Of a stretch of DNA of 60,875 bases, positions 29,689 to 39,600 are shown one piece after another. The DNA comes from Bacteroidota bacterium. Lineage in GTDB: Bacteria; Bacteroidota; Bacteroidia; JABEUT01. Numbering within the stretch: position 1 is the stretch's first letter; each line of letters begins with the position of its first letter. Where the stretch lies: contig JABCZY010000001.1 in NCBI GenBank assembly GCA_013289395.1, positions 1-60,875 on the forward strand. Direction: 5' to 3'. The translations under genes and the position numbers were made by a program. Under the pieces are notes generated by a model. The model ran no database searches. It had not been told where the DNA came from and saw only the letters and a list, made by a program, of their open reading frames with translations.

Positions 29689-31038
29689 TTATGTGATTTT
29701 ATATTCCTCTAGCTTCCGGTACAATGTTGTCAACCCTATACCTAAAAGCCTGGCTGACTCTGTTTTATTCCCCTTGGTATATTCCAATACTTTTTGAATA
29801 TGTTGTTTTTCTATTTCAGAAAGAGAGAATGATGAACTGCTTTGTCCCGTAGAACAATTTTTAATTTCGAAAGGAAGATCCTCAACAGTAAGAACAGGAT
29901 TGACTGATAGAATAGCAATACGCTCCATCACATTTTTAAGTTCACGGATATTACCCTTCCATTCATATGCTTTCAGCTTTTCAATAAAATCAATGCTCAT
30001 TTCAGGTACTCTTTTATTTACCTTTTCTGAAAACTGTTTAAGGAAAAATAATGCTATAAGCTCTATATCTTTTTGACGATCTCTTAAAGAAGGTAACGAA
30101 ATTTGAAAAACAGCAAGGCGATAATAGAGGTCGGCGCGAAACGTACCATTTTCTGCTTCCTTTTGCAGGTCACGATTAGTAGCTGCTATTACACGCACAT
30201 CTACTTTAGTAGGTATGCTTTCACCTACTTTCATAAACTCGCTTGTTTCCAGCACACGCAATAGTTTCGATTGCAGGTCTTTATCCATTTCCCCGATCTC
30301 ATCGAGAAAAATAGTGCCTCCGTTAGCTTCTTCAAATAAACCTTTGGTGTCTTTAATTGCTCCCGTAAACGCTCCTGCTTTATGCCCGAATAAAGCGCTT
30401 TCGAGTAGCTCTCTACCAAGTGCTGAACAATTTACAGCAATAAAATTCTTATTCTTTCTGTTACTTGCATAGTGAATAGCCTGCGCAAATACCTCCTTAC
30501 CTGTTCCCGTTTCACCTAATAACAGAACTGTAGCCTCGGTGGCAGCTACTTTTTGAGCTATGTCAATCGCATTTTTAATTTGTTTTGAAGTACCAATTAT
30601 ACTTTCGAAACTATATTTTTTGCCTACCTTTTTCTCAAGTAGATGAATACGTTGCTGCAATTGAGCTTTATCTGCTGCACGATACAAAAGGGGAATTATC
30701 TTATCATTATCATCACCCTTTACAATGTAGTCAAAAGCACCATTTTTCATAGCCTTTACACCGTCATAAATAGTTCCATACGCTGTAATGACTATAATTT
30801 CAATTTGAGGGTAAAGTGCTTTTATTTTTTGAGTCAGTTCAACACCATTTCCATCAGGTAATTTAACATCGGTAATAACTACATCTATTTGTTCCCTCTC
30901 AAGTTTTTTCAATCCATCTTTGATAGTTGATGCTTCGATAACAGTATATCCTTCAAGCTCTATTATTCGGGTTAGCAGAGACCGAAGTTTATCTTCATCG
31001 TCTATTATAAGGATGTTGCCTTTCACTTTTAAGTACAA
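29689..31038 (-). CDS. Sigma-54-dependent response regulator (REC + AAA+ sigma-54 interaction + Fis-type HTH; NtrC family)
   Basis: 449-aa ORF. Receiver domain (DVVITDVKLPDGNG), Walker A GETGTGKE, the sigma-54 contact loop GAFTGA (HKAGAFTGA), and C-terminal HTH ARLLGIGLTTLYRKLEEY. Confidence 0.92.
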   Translation of the reverse strand: MYLKVKGNILIIDDEDKLRSLLTRIIELEGYTVIEASTIKDGLKKLEREQIDVVITDVKLPDGNGVELTQKIKALYPQIEIIVITAYGTIYDGVKAMKNGAFDYIVKGDDNDKIIPLLYRAADKAQLQQRIHLLEKKVGKKYSFESIIGTSKQIKNAIDIAQKVAATEATVLLLGETGTGKEVFAQAIHYASNRKNKNFIAVNCSALGRELLESALFGHKAGAFTGAIKDTKGLFEEANGGTIFLDEIGEMDKDLQSKLLRVLETSEFMKVGESIPTKVDVRVIAATNRDLQKEAENGTFRADLYYRLAVFQISLPSLRDRQKDIELIALFFLKQFSEKVNKRVPEMSIDFIEKLKAYEWKGNIRELKNVMERIAILSVNPVLTVEDLPFEIKNCSTGQSSSSFSLSEIEKQHIQKVLEYTKGNKTESARLLGIGLTTLYRKLEEYKIT

Positions 31039-31233
31039 ATTTGAATGCTCAAAGATATATATCCTGAATAGGATTACTGCGCATAAGTAAAAAATAAGGC
31101 ACTACCAATACAAATAAGATGCACTACTTAAGTATCGTATCGCCTTGTTACATCATATTTTTTGCTGTACTCTGTTTAATTGTCACAAAATTTAAGATTT
31201 ATGAAAATGGGCGAAACTGGGCGAAATTGGGGA

Positions 31234-31255
31234 AGTGGCTCTGGCAGGAATCGAA
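31234..31255 (-). repeat. Copy 2 of the 22-bp tRNA-3'-end-like direct repeat (att-like)
   Basis: Plus strand agtggctctggcaggaatcgaa is identical to 19816-19837. The match extends to 26 nt with one mismatch (ggg[t/a]agtgg...). It is preceded by the tandem 10-mer tgggcgaaac tgggcgaaat tgggg (31208-31232). No tRNA 5' half lies upstream. Confidence 0.7.
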
Positions 31256-31466
31256 TCTCAAAGGCATATTGCTGATTACTAACTATTTGTCGCACACTCT
31301 TTTTATTAGGTGAAGCGAAAGTGATACACCCTTCAAATTCGCAGCTATTTTACACCTTTGAATTTAACTTACCTACTACCGCTTGTGGTAAAGGGAAAGT
31401 TCCAATTCCAATAATAAGTTTAGTCAAATAGAAGATCTCTTCTCCTAATTCAACTAAACTATAGTA

Positions 31467-31664
31467 TTACTTCTTCTCCGTCTTTTGAGCAGGTATCTTT
31501 CCGGTACCCTCAACATGGTTGTTAGTCATTTTAGTTTTGGCCGGTGTAGAAGCATGCTTTGTTGTTTCCGTGGCAGTTTTGCTTTTATCATCTTGCTTTT
31601 GCTGAGCAAATGATACACCGGCAAATAATATTAGTGCTGCAAGAGTTAAACTTAAGTTTTTCAT
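31467..31664 (-). CDS. Small secreted Lys/Thr-rich low-complexity peptide (65 aa)
   Basis: Signal peptide MKNLSLTLAALILFAGVSFAQQ followed by a disordered K/T-rich tail. A paralogous layout lies next door. Confidence 0.5.
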   Translation of the reverse strand: MKNLSLTLAALILFAGVSFAQQKQDDKSKTATETTKHASTPAKTKMTNNHVEGTGKIPAQKTEKK

Positions 31665-31697
31665 AATGTTTAAAATTTAAAAGATTGGTGGAAGAAA

Positions 31698-31922
31698 TTA
31701 TTTCTGTTGAGTATTTGTTGGAGGCGGCCCCTTTACTTCATTGGGCTTGGCAACGCCAGTGCCAGGTTTAAAGTTCGGTTTTGAGTTAGGGGCAGGTGCA
31801 ATTTTCTTTTGGGCTATTGGTTTCTGTTCAGTTGCACCCTTGCCCTTATTTACTTGTGCCTGTTGGGCAAAAGTATTTCCAACAAATAGTAGCATTGCAA
31901 AGAGTAGCATTTGGTTTTTCAT
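31698..31922 (-). CDS. Small secreted Lys/Pro-rich low-complexity peptide (74 aa)
   Basis: Signal peptide MKNQMLLFAMLLFVGNTFAQQ followed by a K/P-rich tail. It has the same ...FAQQ cleavage context as 31467..31664. Confidence 0.5.
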   Translation of the reverse strand: MKNQMLLFAMLLFVGNTFAQQAQVNKGKGATEQKPIAQKKIAPAPNSKPNFKPGTGVAKPNEVKGPPPTNTQQK

Positions 31923-32036
31923 GTATTTTAGTTTTGTGGTTAATAAATCAAAACAAATTTAGTAAAATAAGTCTTTCTTTACATTAAAGATTTTGGTTTA
32001 GTACTTTCTTTTACATTAATAATAGGAGCCTTATCA

Positions 32037-33173
32037 CTAATATTGATAGCTATAGAACTTGTTAGAATCACTTATTGGTATTGGATGTTCTTTGAACCAT
32101 TGCATGAAATTATTCCACTTTTCTTTATTAGAATCCCTCCATTTTCTAAAGCCATCAGGATCTCCTTGCATTAGCACCCAATGATTATACGCCTCCATAT
32201 GACCAGCTTTAAGAATATAATTTTGGTAAGAGAACAAAGCATTAGGGTATTTTGTGTCAAGATTCCTACCATAATACAATTCAGCGAATTTTGTTCTTAT
32301 CTTATCCAATGTATTAATATCAAGCACTTTATTCCCTGCTATCGCCATAAGCATTAAAGGATCGTATACACCTATACCAAAAGGCATTTTTACGTGTTTG
32401 GAATTACTATTAGTGATATTAATTGTATTGTCTCTGGTAAAATCAACTTTTGCGCCTTTACTATCAATAGTTATTTCTCGTTTGTAGGTGTCAAATAATA
32501 AGTTACTTATCTCCGGTGTACGTTCAGAATTTCGTTCCAGATTAATAAAGATTTCCCCATATAACATACCCCAAACAGATTCTTGTGAAGAACAATATAA
32601 AATTGAAGCCCAATAATAGTTAGAAGGGAATTCAGGCTCCAGTCTTATTCCCTCTTCGTAGTATGCTAGTGCAGTTGTATATCGCTTTCTGTTAAAATGA
32701 TAATTACCTTCCTCAAGATATAGTTTACCAGATTTGGGAAATTTCCTTAGTCCATTGTCATACGCTTTAAGGCAATTGATTGTATCTCCGAGCTCATCAT
32801 AGGTATTGCCTAACATCTGATAACACTCATCTGTAACATTGTTACTAGTTAAGGTCTTTCTAAACTGCTCTAATGCTAAAGTGTAATCTTCTTTTAAATA
32901 ATATGCATTGCCTAATTCATACAGGTAATCTATATTATTAGAGTCTTTAATACATGCTTCCTTTAGAAGTTCGATTGCACCATTATAATTCCCATTGTTT
33001 TCAAACTTTTCAACTTGATTAATAAATTCGATTGATTGTTTAGTACTTATTTGAGCCAAACAACTATTGTGCCCCAAACATGCTAATAGTATTATTACAA
33101 TTTCATCAACAGGAAATTTAATCACTGCATAGGTAAATCTTCTCACCTTAATCAAGCATTGGGTATCGGTCAC
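32037..33173 (-). CDS. TPR-repeat protein, probably exported or a lipoprotein (start codon uncertain)
   Basis: 378-aa ORF with several TPR-like units (AIELLKEACIKDSNNIDYLYELGNAYYLKEDYTLALEQFRKTL; TALAYYEEGIRLEPEFPSNYYWASILY) and an N-terminal hydrophobic stretch IVIILLACLG. The track start is a GTG overlapping the upstream gene by 26 nt. An alternative GTG one nt after the upstream TAA gives MRRFTYAV... Confidence 0.6.
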   Translation of the reverse strand: MTDTQCLIKVRRFTYAVIKFPVDEIVIILLACLGHNSCLAQISTKQSIEFINQVEKFENNGNYNGAIELLKEACIKDSNNIDYLYELGNAYYLKEDYTLALEQFRKTLTSNNVTDECYQMLGNTYDELGDTINCLKAYDNGLRKFPKSGKLYLEEGNYHFNRKRYTTALAYYEEGIRLEPEFPSNYYWASILYCSSQESVWGMLYGEIFINLERNSERTPEISNLLFDTYKREITIDSKGAKVDFTRDNTINITNSNSKHVKMPFGIGVYDPLMLMAIAGNKVLDINTLDKIRTKFAELYYGRNLDTKYPNALFSYQNYILKAGHMEAYNHWVLMQGDPDGFRKWRDSNKEKWNNFMQWFKEHPIPISDSNKFYSYQY

Positions 33174-33645
33174 TAAATAATATATATAGCTTACGAGTAT
33201 CCCTATAATATTCGACTTCCATTATATAAGCGTGGGGTTTTATTAAAACATGGGCTATAGGTCCATTATCAACCTGTATTCCAATAGATTTTATTTGATT
33301 AATCTTTTGAATTTTCTTTGCATATGCTAATTCAGTAGAACGGTTAGTATTGATAATACAATCTTTATAAATAGTGTCATTCACATAAATTTTAATATTA
33401 TTCGAATCATATGAATTCGAAAAAACTAAAAGTAGTGAATTGGTATCAGGCAGTGACGACCCTTTTTCAGGAATTTTTTTGATCTTATAATTAATATGTA
33501 CACTATATTTAGCACTCTTCTTATCTCCACTCTGCCTGATATGTGAATATCTACCTTTCACACAACAGCACTTACCATAATCACTAATTAATATATTCAT
33601 TAGCATTATTAGAAGTAAAGTCACATATGAGTATTTAGGAGTCAT
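33148..33645 (-). CDS. Hypothetical membrane-anchored or exported protein (165 aa); candidate immunity protein for the upstream metallopeptidase toxin
   Basis: Starts 14 nt after the RHS gene stop and has an N-terminal hydrophobic segment (VTLLLIMLMNILI). The immunity role is positional inference only. Confidence 0.5.
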   Translation of the reverse strand: MTPKYSYVTLLLIMLMNILISDYGKCCCVKGRYSHIRQSGDKKSAKYSVHINYKIKKIPEKGSSLPDTNSLLLVFSNSYDSNNIKIYVNDTIYKDCIINTNRSTELAYAKKIQKINQIKSIGIQVDNGPIAHVLIKPHAYIMEVEYYRDTRKLYILFSDRYPMLD

Positions 33646-33659
33646 TTTTTTGTAAAAAA

Positions 33660-36600
33660 TTATGCTGTAGAATCACCACTTGATGACTGCCCTCCAGATT
33701 CATCCCCTCCACCTGAGAAAGGTGCGCTTCCATCACCACCAGAACTGCCACTATCATTATCGGGAACACCACCTTTCATTGATTCTGCATCAGCATGGTC
33801 TGCCGTTTCCTCATCTCTTTGCCCACCACCCTCGACATTATTACTGCCACCTGAATTATTCTGTGCTTGATCCTGTGTATTTTGCTGAGCAGGCGTCGAT
33901 GTATTTAATTCGACGTTATTTGCTCCTTCATTTTTAATTATAGCATTCTTAATTTCATTTAACTGTCCTATGTTTATATCAGTGCCGCTTCCATATCTTG
34001 ATTGATACATAACATTTGTTTTTGGATCACAATAGACCCCGTTAAAATCATAATTAGCAAATTTTTTCCTTCTTCTCTTGCCATTGACTTTTTCGCCAGG
34101 ATGATTTAATCCAAGAGCATGAAATATTTCATGCACACCTGTTCTTATCATATGGAATATTGGATCTTCGTTACCCATATAAACCATATTCTCCGATCCA
34201 ATAAAATTAAGGACCTGCATGCGATTTACTTTAGTTGCCCCTAATTTATCAGTAGCACCAAGAACGATACCCTTTCCATCTCCATCAGTGCCACTAACAT
34301 CTTCTACAAATTCCAAATAAAAGTCCTTTTTAGGATCAATTTGACTTGCTTGAACAGGTATAATATTCACGTGTGTTATAAAAAGAGTACAGGTTGCAGG
34401 ATCGTATTGGGTTCCATCATCTTCGACCTCGGTTGCAATTGCATTCATAATACCTGTTAGTTGAGCATCAATTCCATTTTTACCACTATTATTCACAACT
34501 TTAATATCTACATTTATACAAACATAAGTAAACCCATCGTCATCAGTATAAGTTGTTTGAGTGGCTTCTTTTCCATCTAAGTCTATAGCAAATATAGGAT
34601 TATTTGATGCAAATTGATAAGTAGACAACTCAGGAAATGACCTTTGAACCCGATCTTCAGAGAAGAATCTACCAACCCTTGGATCGAAAAGTCTATTACC
34701 ATAGTCATATTCATCACCTTCACCATATGTCTCATCATCTTTCTCTTTTCCGTTAAAAGCATATCTATAATTTGAAGAACTGAAATTCCTTCCTGGCTCT
34801 AACATTCCAAAAGGGTAATAGTCATTAGAACTTATAATATCTGGTTCGTATACTAAGGAGTCTTTATTATTCAGCCTTTGAATTTTTCTATCAGACACAA
34901 CTGCAATAACATTTTTTAAATGGTTATAAATTTCATACTGTTTATCGCCAAGATATCTTGCAAAGGAATCAACTTGTGCGATTGGCACAGGGCTAATTAA
35001 TTGAACTGGTGTATTATCAACCCCAATTCTATTAGCACCATAAATATCTCTCTCTTTCAGAATATAGCTTACAGAATTATTTGTCATGGTCTCCATGTAT
35101 ATGGCAATAATATTGCCTCCACCGTCATGTACATAAAAAGTATTTACTGGGTAACCTGAAGTTGGTTTATATTCCTTCCTAATTCTATTAAGGCTTGCGT
35201 CATAATAAAATATTATACTATCGCCGTTATATTTTTTTATTTTCCATGGCTTTCTATAATCATTCCAGATAATTGTATCAATACCACCAGCAGTATCCTT
35301 AGCTAATTCACCCATTGCTGTATATCGATAATTATTTTTCTGATTTATCGTTGCAGAAGCCGAGTTAAATGCACCCTCATCTTTTATATCCAACGGATTA
35401 GGAGTAGATGCAGCATTATTCACATGGTATAGCCTATTCTGAAGAGTCGGACCGGTTCCATTATTGTTATTATAATGGTAATTCAATATGCTCATTATTC
35501 CACCAATGGAATCATTTCTTTGTTGAAATAATATATTTCCATTGGCATCATATGCTAAACTATCAAAGTATAATCCAGAATAAGTCATGCTGCCCCATGT
35601 ATTATTTGTTCCAAGATTTTGATACGCCCTCATTCTGACTATGCGATTCAATTGGTCATAAACATAAGAAGTACCTTGCGGCAATGGATTTATATGAATC
35701 GAAGTATCATTCGAATACTTTACTGGTTTAGAAATTGTCGTAATCATTGCAGAAATATTACCATTAAACAAATTATGGCATGAATTCATTAAGCTGCTTC
35801 CATATTTAACAGATTCAAATCTTGTTTGAATATTATTCCACTTAGTCTTATTGATAGGATCATAATCTCCTGTGAAATAATCAATGCTGTATCCAGCAGC
35901 ATCCTTTGCAAACCCTTTATTTAAATTCGATTCTATTTGTAGGCCATCACTTCCAATATCATTATTTGGTGATAGAATATCGCTATTCATTGCTTTTATC
36001 TGTCCCTGAAGAGTGTATACATAATCCATACCCTGTACTTGCTGATCCCCAACTTCAACTCTTGCTAAATGAAAATGAGGGTAGTAAAAATAATGGGCAT
36101 CGTTGTCCCAAAGAATACTATCCCTTGAGGTTGAGACATTAGTAATTCTGAAATCGGCATCAAATGAATATTTTTGATGATACTGATCTAATTGCCCTGA
36201 TTGATAATCGAGCTCATTAATTTCACCACTTACAAAATCATATTTATAATCTAATCTTTTATATCGTTGGCCAACTATTCCTGCTATTGAATCATCTTGA
36301 ATTTGTGTCGGAACATCTCCAATAATATCATAGCTATAATGGATGGCATTATTAAAAACAAGCGAATCAGTTCTCACAGTATCTCTATAGGTGATTGATG
36401 CAATTCGATTTCTTAAATTTTGTTGTTGCAATACACTTGTTGGAAGTATCTCTTGGACATCATAATAATTATGCATTACCTGAATTCTCAATCCTGTGTT
36501 ATCTTTTATCCAAGTAATATACTTATTTGGTGAAATAACACTTGGATTATAAATACCCATTATTGTATCTCCAAATATTTTATTAAAAAGGTTTGAAGTA

Positions 36601-39600
36601 TCTGCATTCTCGATTTTTTGACCACTTTCATAAATTCTACCATTATTATCATATAATATATAAGTATATCCCTTTTTAATTTCGTTGTTCTGTTTCGTAT
36701 TTTGGCTTAAAACCAATCTACCTAATCTATCATACCAATATAAACTACTAAACTCCCCACCCCTATCATTAATCAACCTTGCGTAAGGGTAATTTTGGGT
36801 ATTGCTTGGCGGAGAAGTTGAATATGATCCACCTACAAAACCATCATAAGGTCCGGTAAAGGCTATGGTATTGTAGTTTACCTGGCCTGTATTCGATACA
36901 ATACTCTTTGCAGTAAGGCCATCTTCAACAGGCATTTCAGCAAAACCAAGCGGGTTAGCTGCTGTAGTATACAGGCTAGGGTCAAGTGACTGTATCTGCC
37001 CCTGTAATATAGTACACTTCATTATTTCTCCGCCCAGGTTAACTGCGCTATCACCCACCACATAGCCTACAATATCATCGCGGAAATAAATATCGTTAAA
37101 TGTAAAGTTGGTATAATTTGTATTGGTGCTTGGTGAGCAATTTATCCAACCCGGTATGGCCAGGTTATAATAGTAAATTGAACCTTGTGCACCGGCAACT
37201 ATAAAACTATTATCTCTGAACACATGTATGGCATGAAGATCTGAGCTGGCCGGCAGTGTATGTGCAAAATTACTAACCGTTAATGTAGCACCCGATATTG
37301 CCAGTTGCAATATGCTTCCACCCGATCCCACAACATATCCACTATTCGGATAATTGGCATGAAACTTTATTTTATACCATATCTGCGTACTACTGCTATT
37401 ATACACATAAGTGCTGCCTGTACCTGCATGGGTAACTATGTTGCTACCGCTTGCTCTTCCTAAAAAGCCTCCGGTTCCTGCAACAATTGAATTACCAATT
37501 CCTGTTGTCCATACTGTTTTATAATCGGGCACACCGTTGCTGTTTATTTCAGGCAATACAGTTTGCCATAATGCGCCTCCGTTGTCGGTTCTGCGTATTA
37601 TGCCGCTATCACCTACCACAAAGCCATGGTTAACATCCATAAAATTCTCAGCCCAGAAACGGCAATCGAATAAGCTATCTACCTTCTTGCCACTTGTAGC
37701 GCCATAGGCCCACATGTTACTGTTATTACCGAATAAGAAAGCGGTACCGAAAGGAGTTGAACAAACCCCATTAAAATTTGTAACGCCTCCGCTAACACCC
37801 TGTACGGCCGATGTTGCACTTGGGCTTGATAAGAACAACTCCGTTCCATTTGCACCCGCAATATATGCTTTTGTTCCGCTATTTGCTATGCCATATAATG
37901 GCGTGTATCCAACCGGCGACAAGATTGTGGTAAAGGTGCTTAGTGCATATCCGCTAAGGCCATAGGTTGCTTTATATATTGCTGATGAATCGCCAACTGC
38001 ATATAAAGCCGTTGCATTACTAATTATTCCGCTGAGGTTTTTAAGCGTCGGCATAGCCAAGGCTTTCATGTTAACTGTACCTGAAGTAACAATTTTGCTA
38101 TAATACAAACGGCCTTTGTCTCCAGTACTAAACACAGTTGTTCCACCGGTAGGGAATACACCAAGGTCGCTGATACGGTTACTATGTACATTGGTACTTA
38201 CATCCTGCCATGTTATGCTTCCGCTGCCTATTTTTCCTTTATACATTTTATTATTTACACTATCTGCCGCACTTACCCTATTAGAACCTGTATATACCAG
38301 GTTTGTAAGTACCGCATTACTTGCCGGTAATGCTGATAATACTGAAGACTCCCCTATTTCTGCAGGAAAGCCTGATGAAGGATATCTTCCTGTTAATATA
38401 TATGTACCAGCTGTAAGAGTTGCTCCAGGTGCATTATAGGTAACAAGTGTATCATTTACGGTTGCAGTATCGGAGCCACCTATATCTGTAAAGTTCGATG
38501 TGGAGGAGCCTGAGTTACTGCTATCAGCAATAGCTAAGGTATTTACAGGGCTTGTTGATTCAGTATTGCTTAAGCGTATCAATGTTCCTTTATCACTTAT
38601 CAGAGCTGGTAACATATAGTTATTTGCTCCGTCAAATATAAAGCCAGCTTTTCGTATTGTTGTCGGGATAGGAAGTTTAGTCCATGTAGCTGTGCTTGCA
38701 CTCGCATTTGTTGTGTAATACACGTTATGCTCTTCCCCGCCAACAATCATACTAATAACACCTTTAGAATTATCCAGCGCATATACTGCTCGCAGATCTT
38801 TGGTGGTAGGGCTGTTAACAGGTATCTCTCCAAAATAAGGATTCTTTAGGCTAAGTGTGTTTACCAGTCGCACTATAAGTCCATTATATCCCACGGCCAC
38901 ACCTTTATACGTTTTTCCTGTTCCCGCAGAGTCCTTATAAAAATTCATAGAATAAAATTCTTCCCCCGGTTTACTCATCAGGTTCCATGTATGCCCACCA
39001 TCGCCGGTAGTATATAACCTGCCATGTTGAGGAGAATTATCTATCAGTGCAATACCTACATTATCATTCACAAAGAAAACATCGCGTATGTCAAATAAGG
39101 TTGCCGGTGGAACCATATACCAGTGCGCACCTTTATCTACGGTATGCATCAGTGTACCTTGTAAACCCACTGCATAACCATGACCCGGTAAGCCGGGAAT
39201 AAAGTGCATTTTATATACAGGCAAACTGTTTACGTTATTTGCTGACTTGGCCCAAGATATAAGGCCATGAGTAGAACTTGGTGTACCAATGTACATCACA
39301 CCGTATCCACTGCTATCACCTACCGCATAGAACAAATCATTCGTTGCATCCCATTTCACACTTGTCAAAGAATCGGTACTGCTGATACTTCCCGTAGGTG
39401 CAACATATGCAGGCACTCCGCCGCTGATATCCATTCCGAATGCAATTCCATTACCTACTATAGCAAGTGTATTGTCAGTTACATCAATATCAGTACCTCT
39501 CAGTTTTTGAGTTACTCCGTTTTGATATAATGGTACAATATCCCAGTTATTACCATTATCCTGGGTCACCATTACAATACCGTTATCGCCCACAACGTAT

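Noticed and set aside
19838-31233. Calling the kdp segment a mobile element feature
   Set aside because: Only the flanking 22-bp repeats support this. There is no integrase, excisionase, transposase or conjugation gene inside, so it is kept as a hypothesis in the findings rather than as an annotated mobile element.
31119-31313. 64-aa plus-strand ORF spanning the second 22-bp repeat
   Set aside because: It would be the only plus-strand gene candidate in an intergenic region. It has no recognisable motifs and covers the repeat and the tandem 10-mers, so it is probably fortuitous in AT-rich DNA.
33680-33937. 85-aa plus-strand ORF (His/Leu/Pro-rich) at the 3' end of the RHS gene
   Set aside because: It is antisense to the Gly/Ser/Asp-rich tail codons, a low-complexity mirror ORF.
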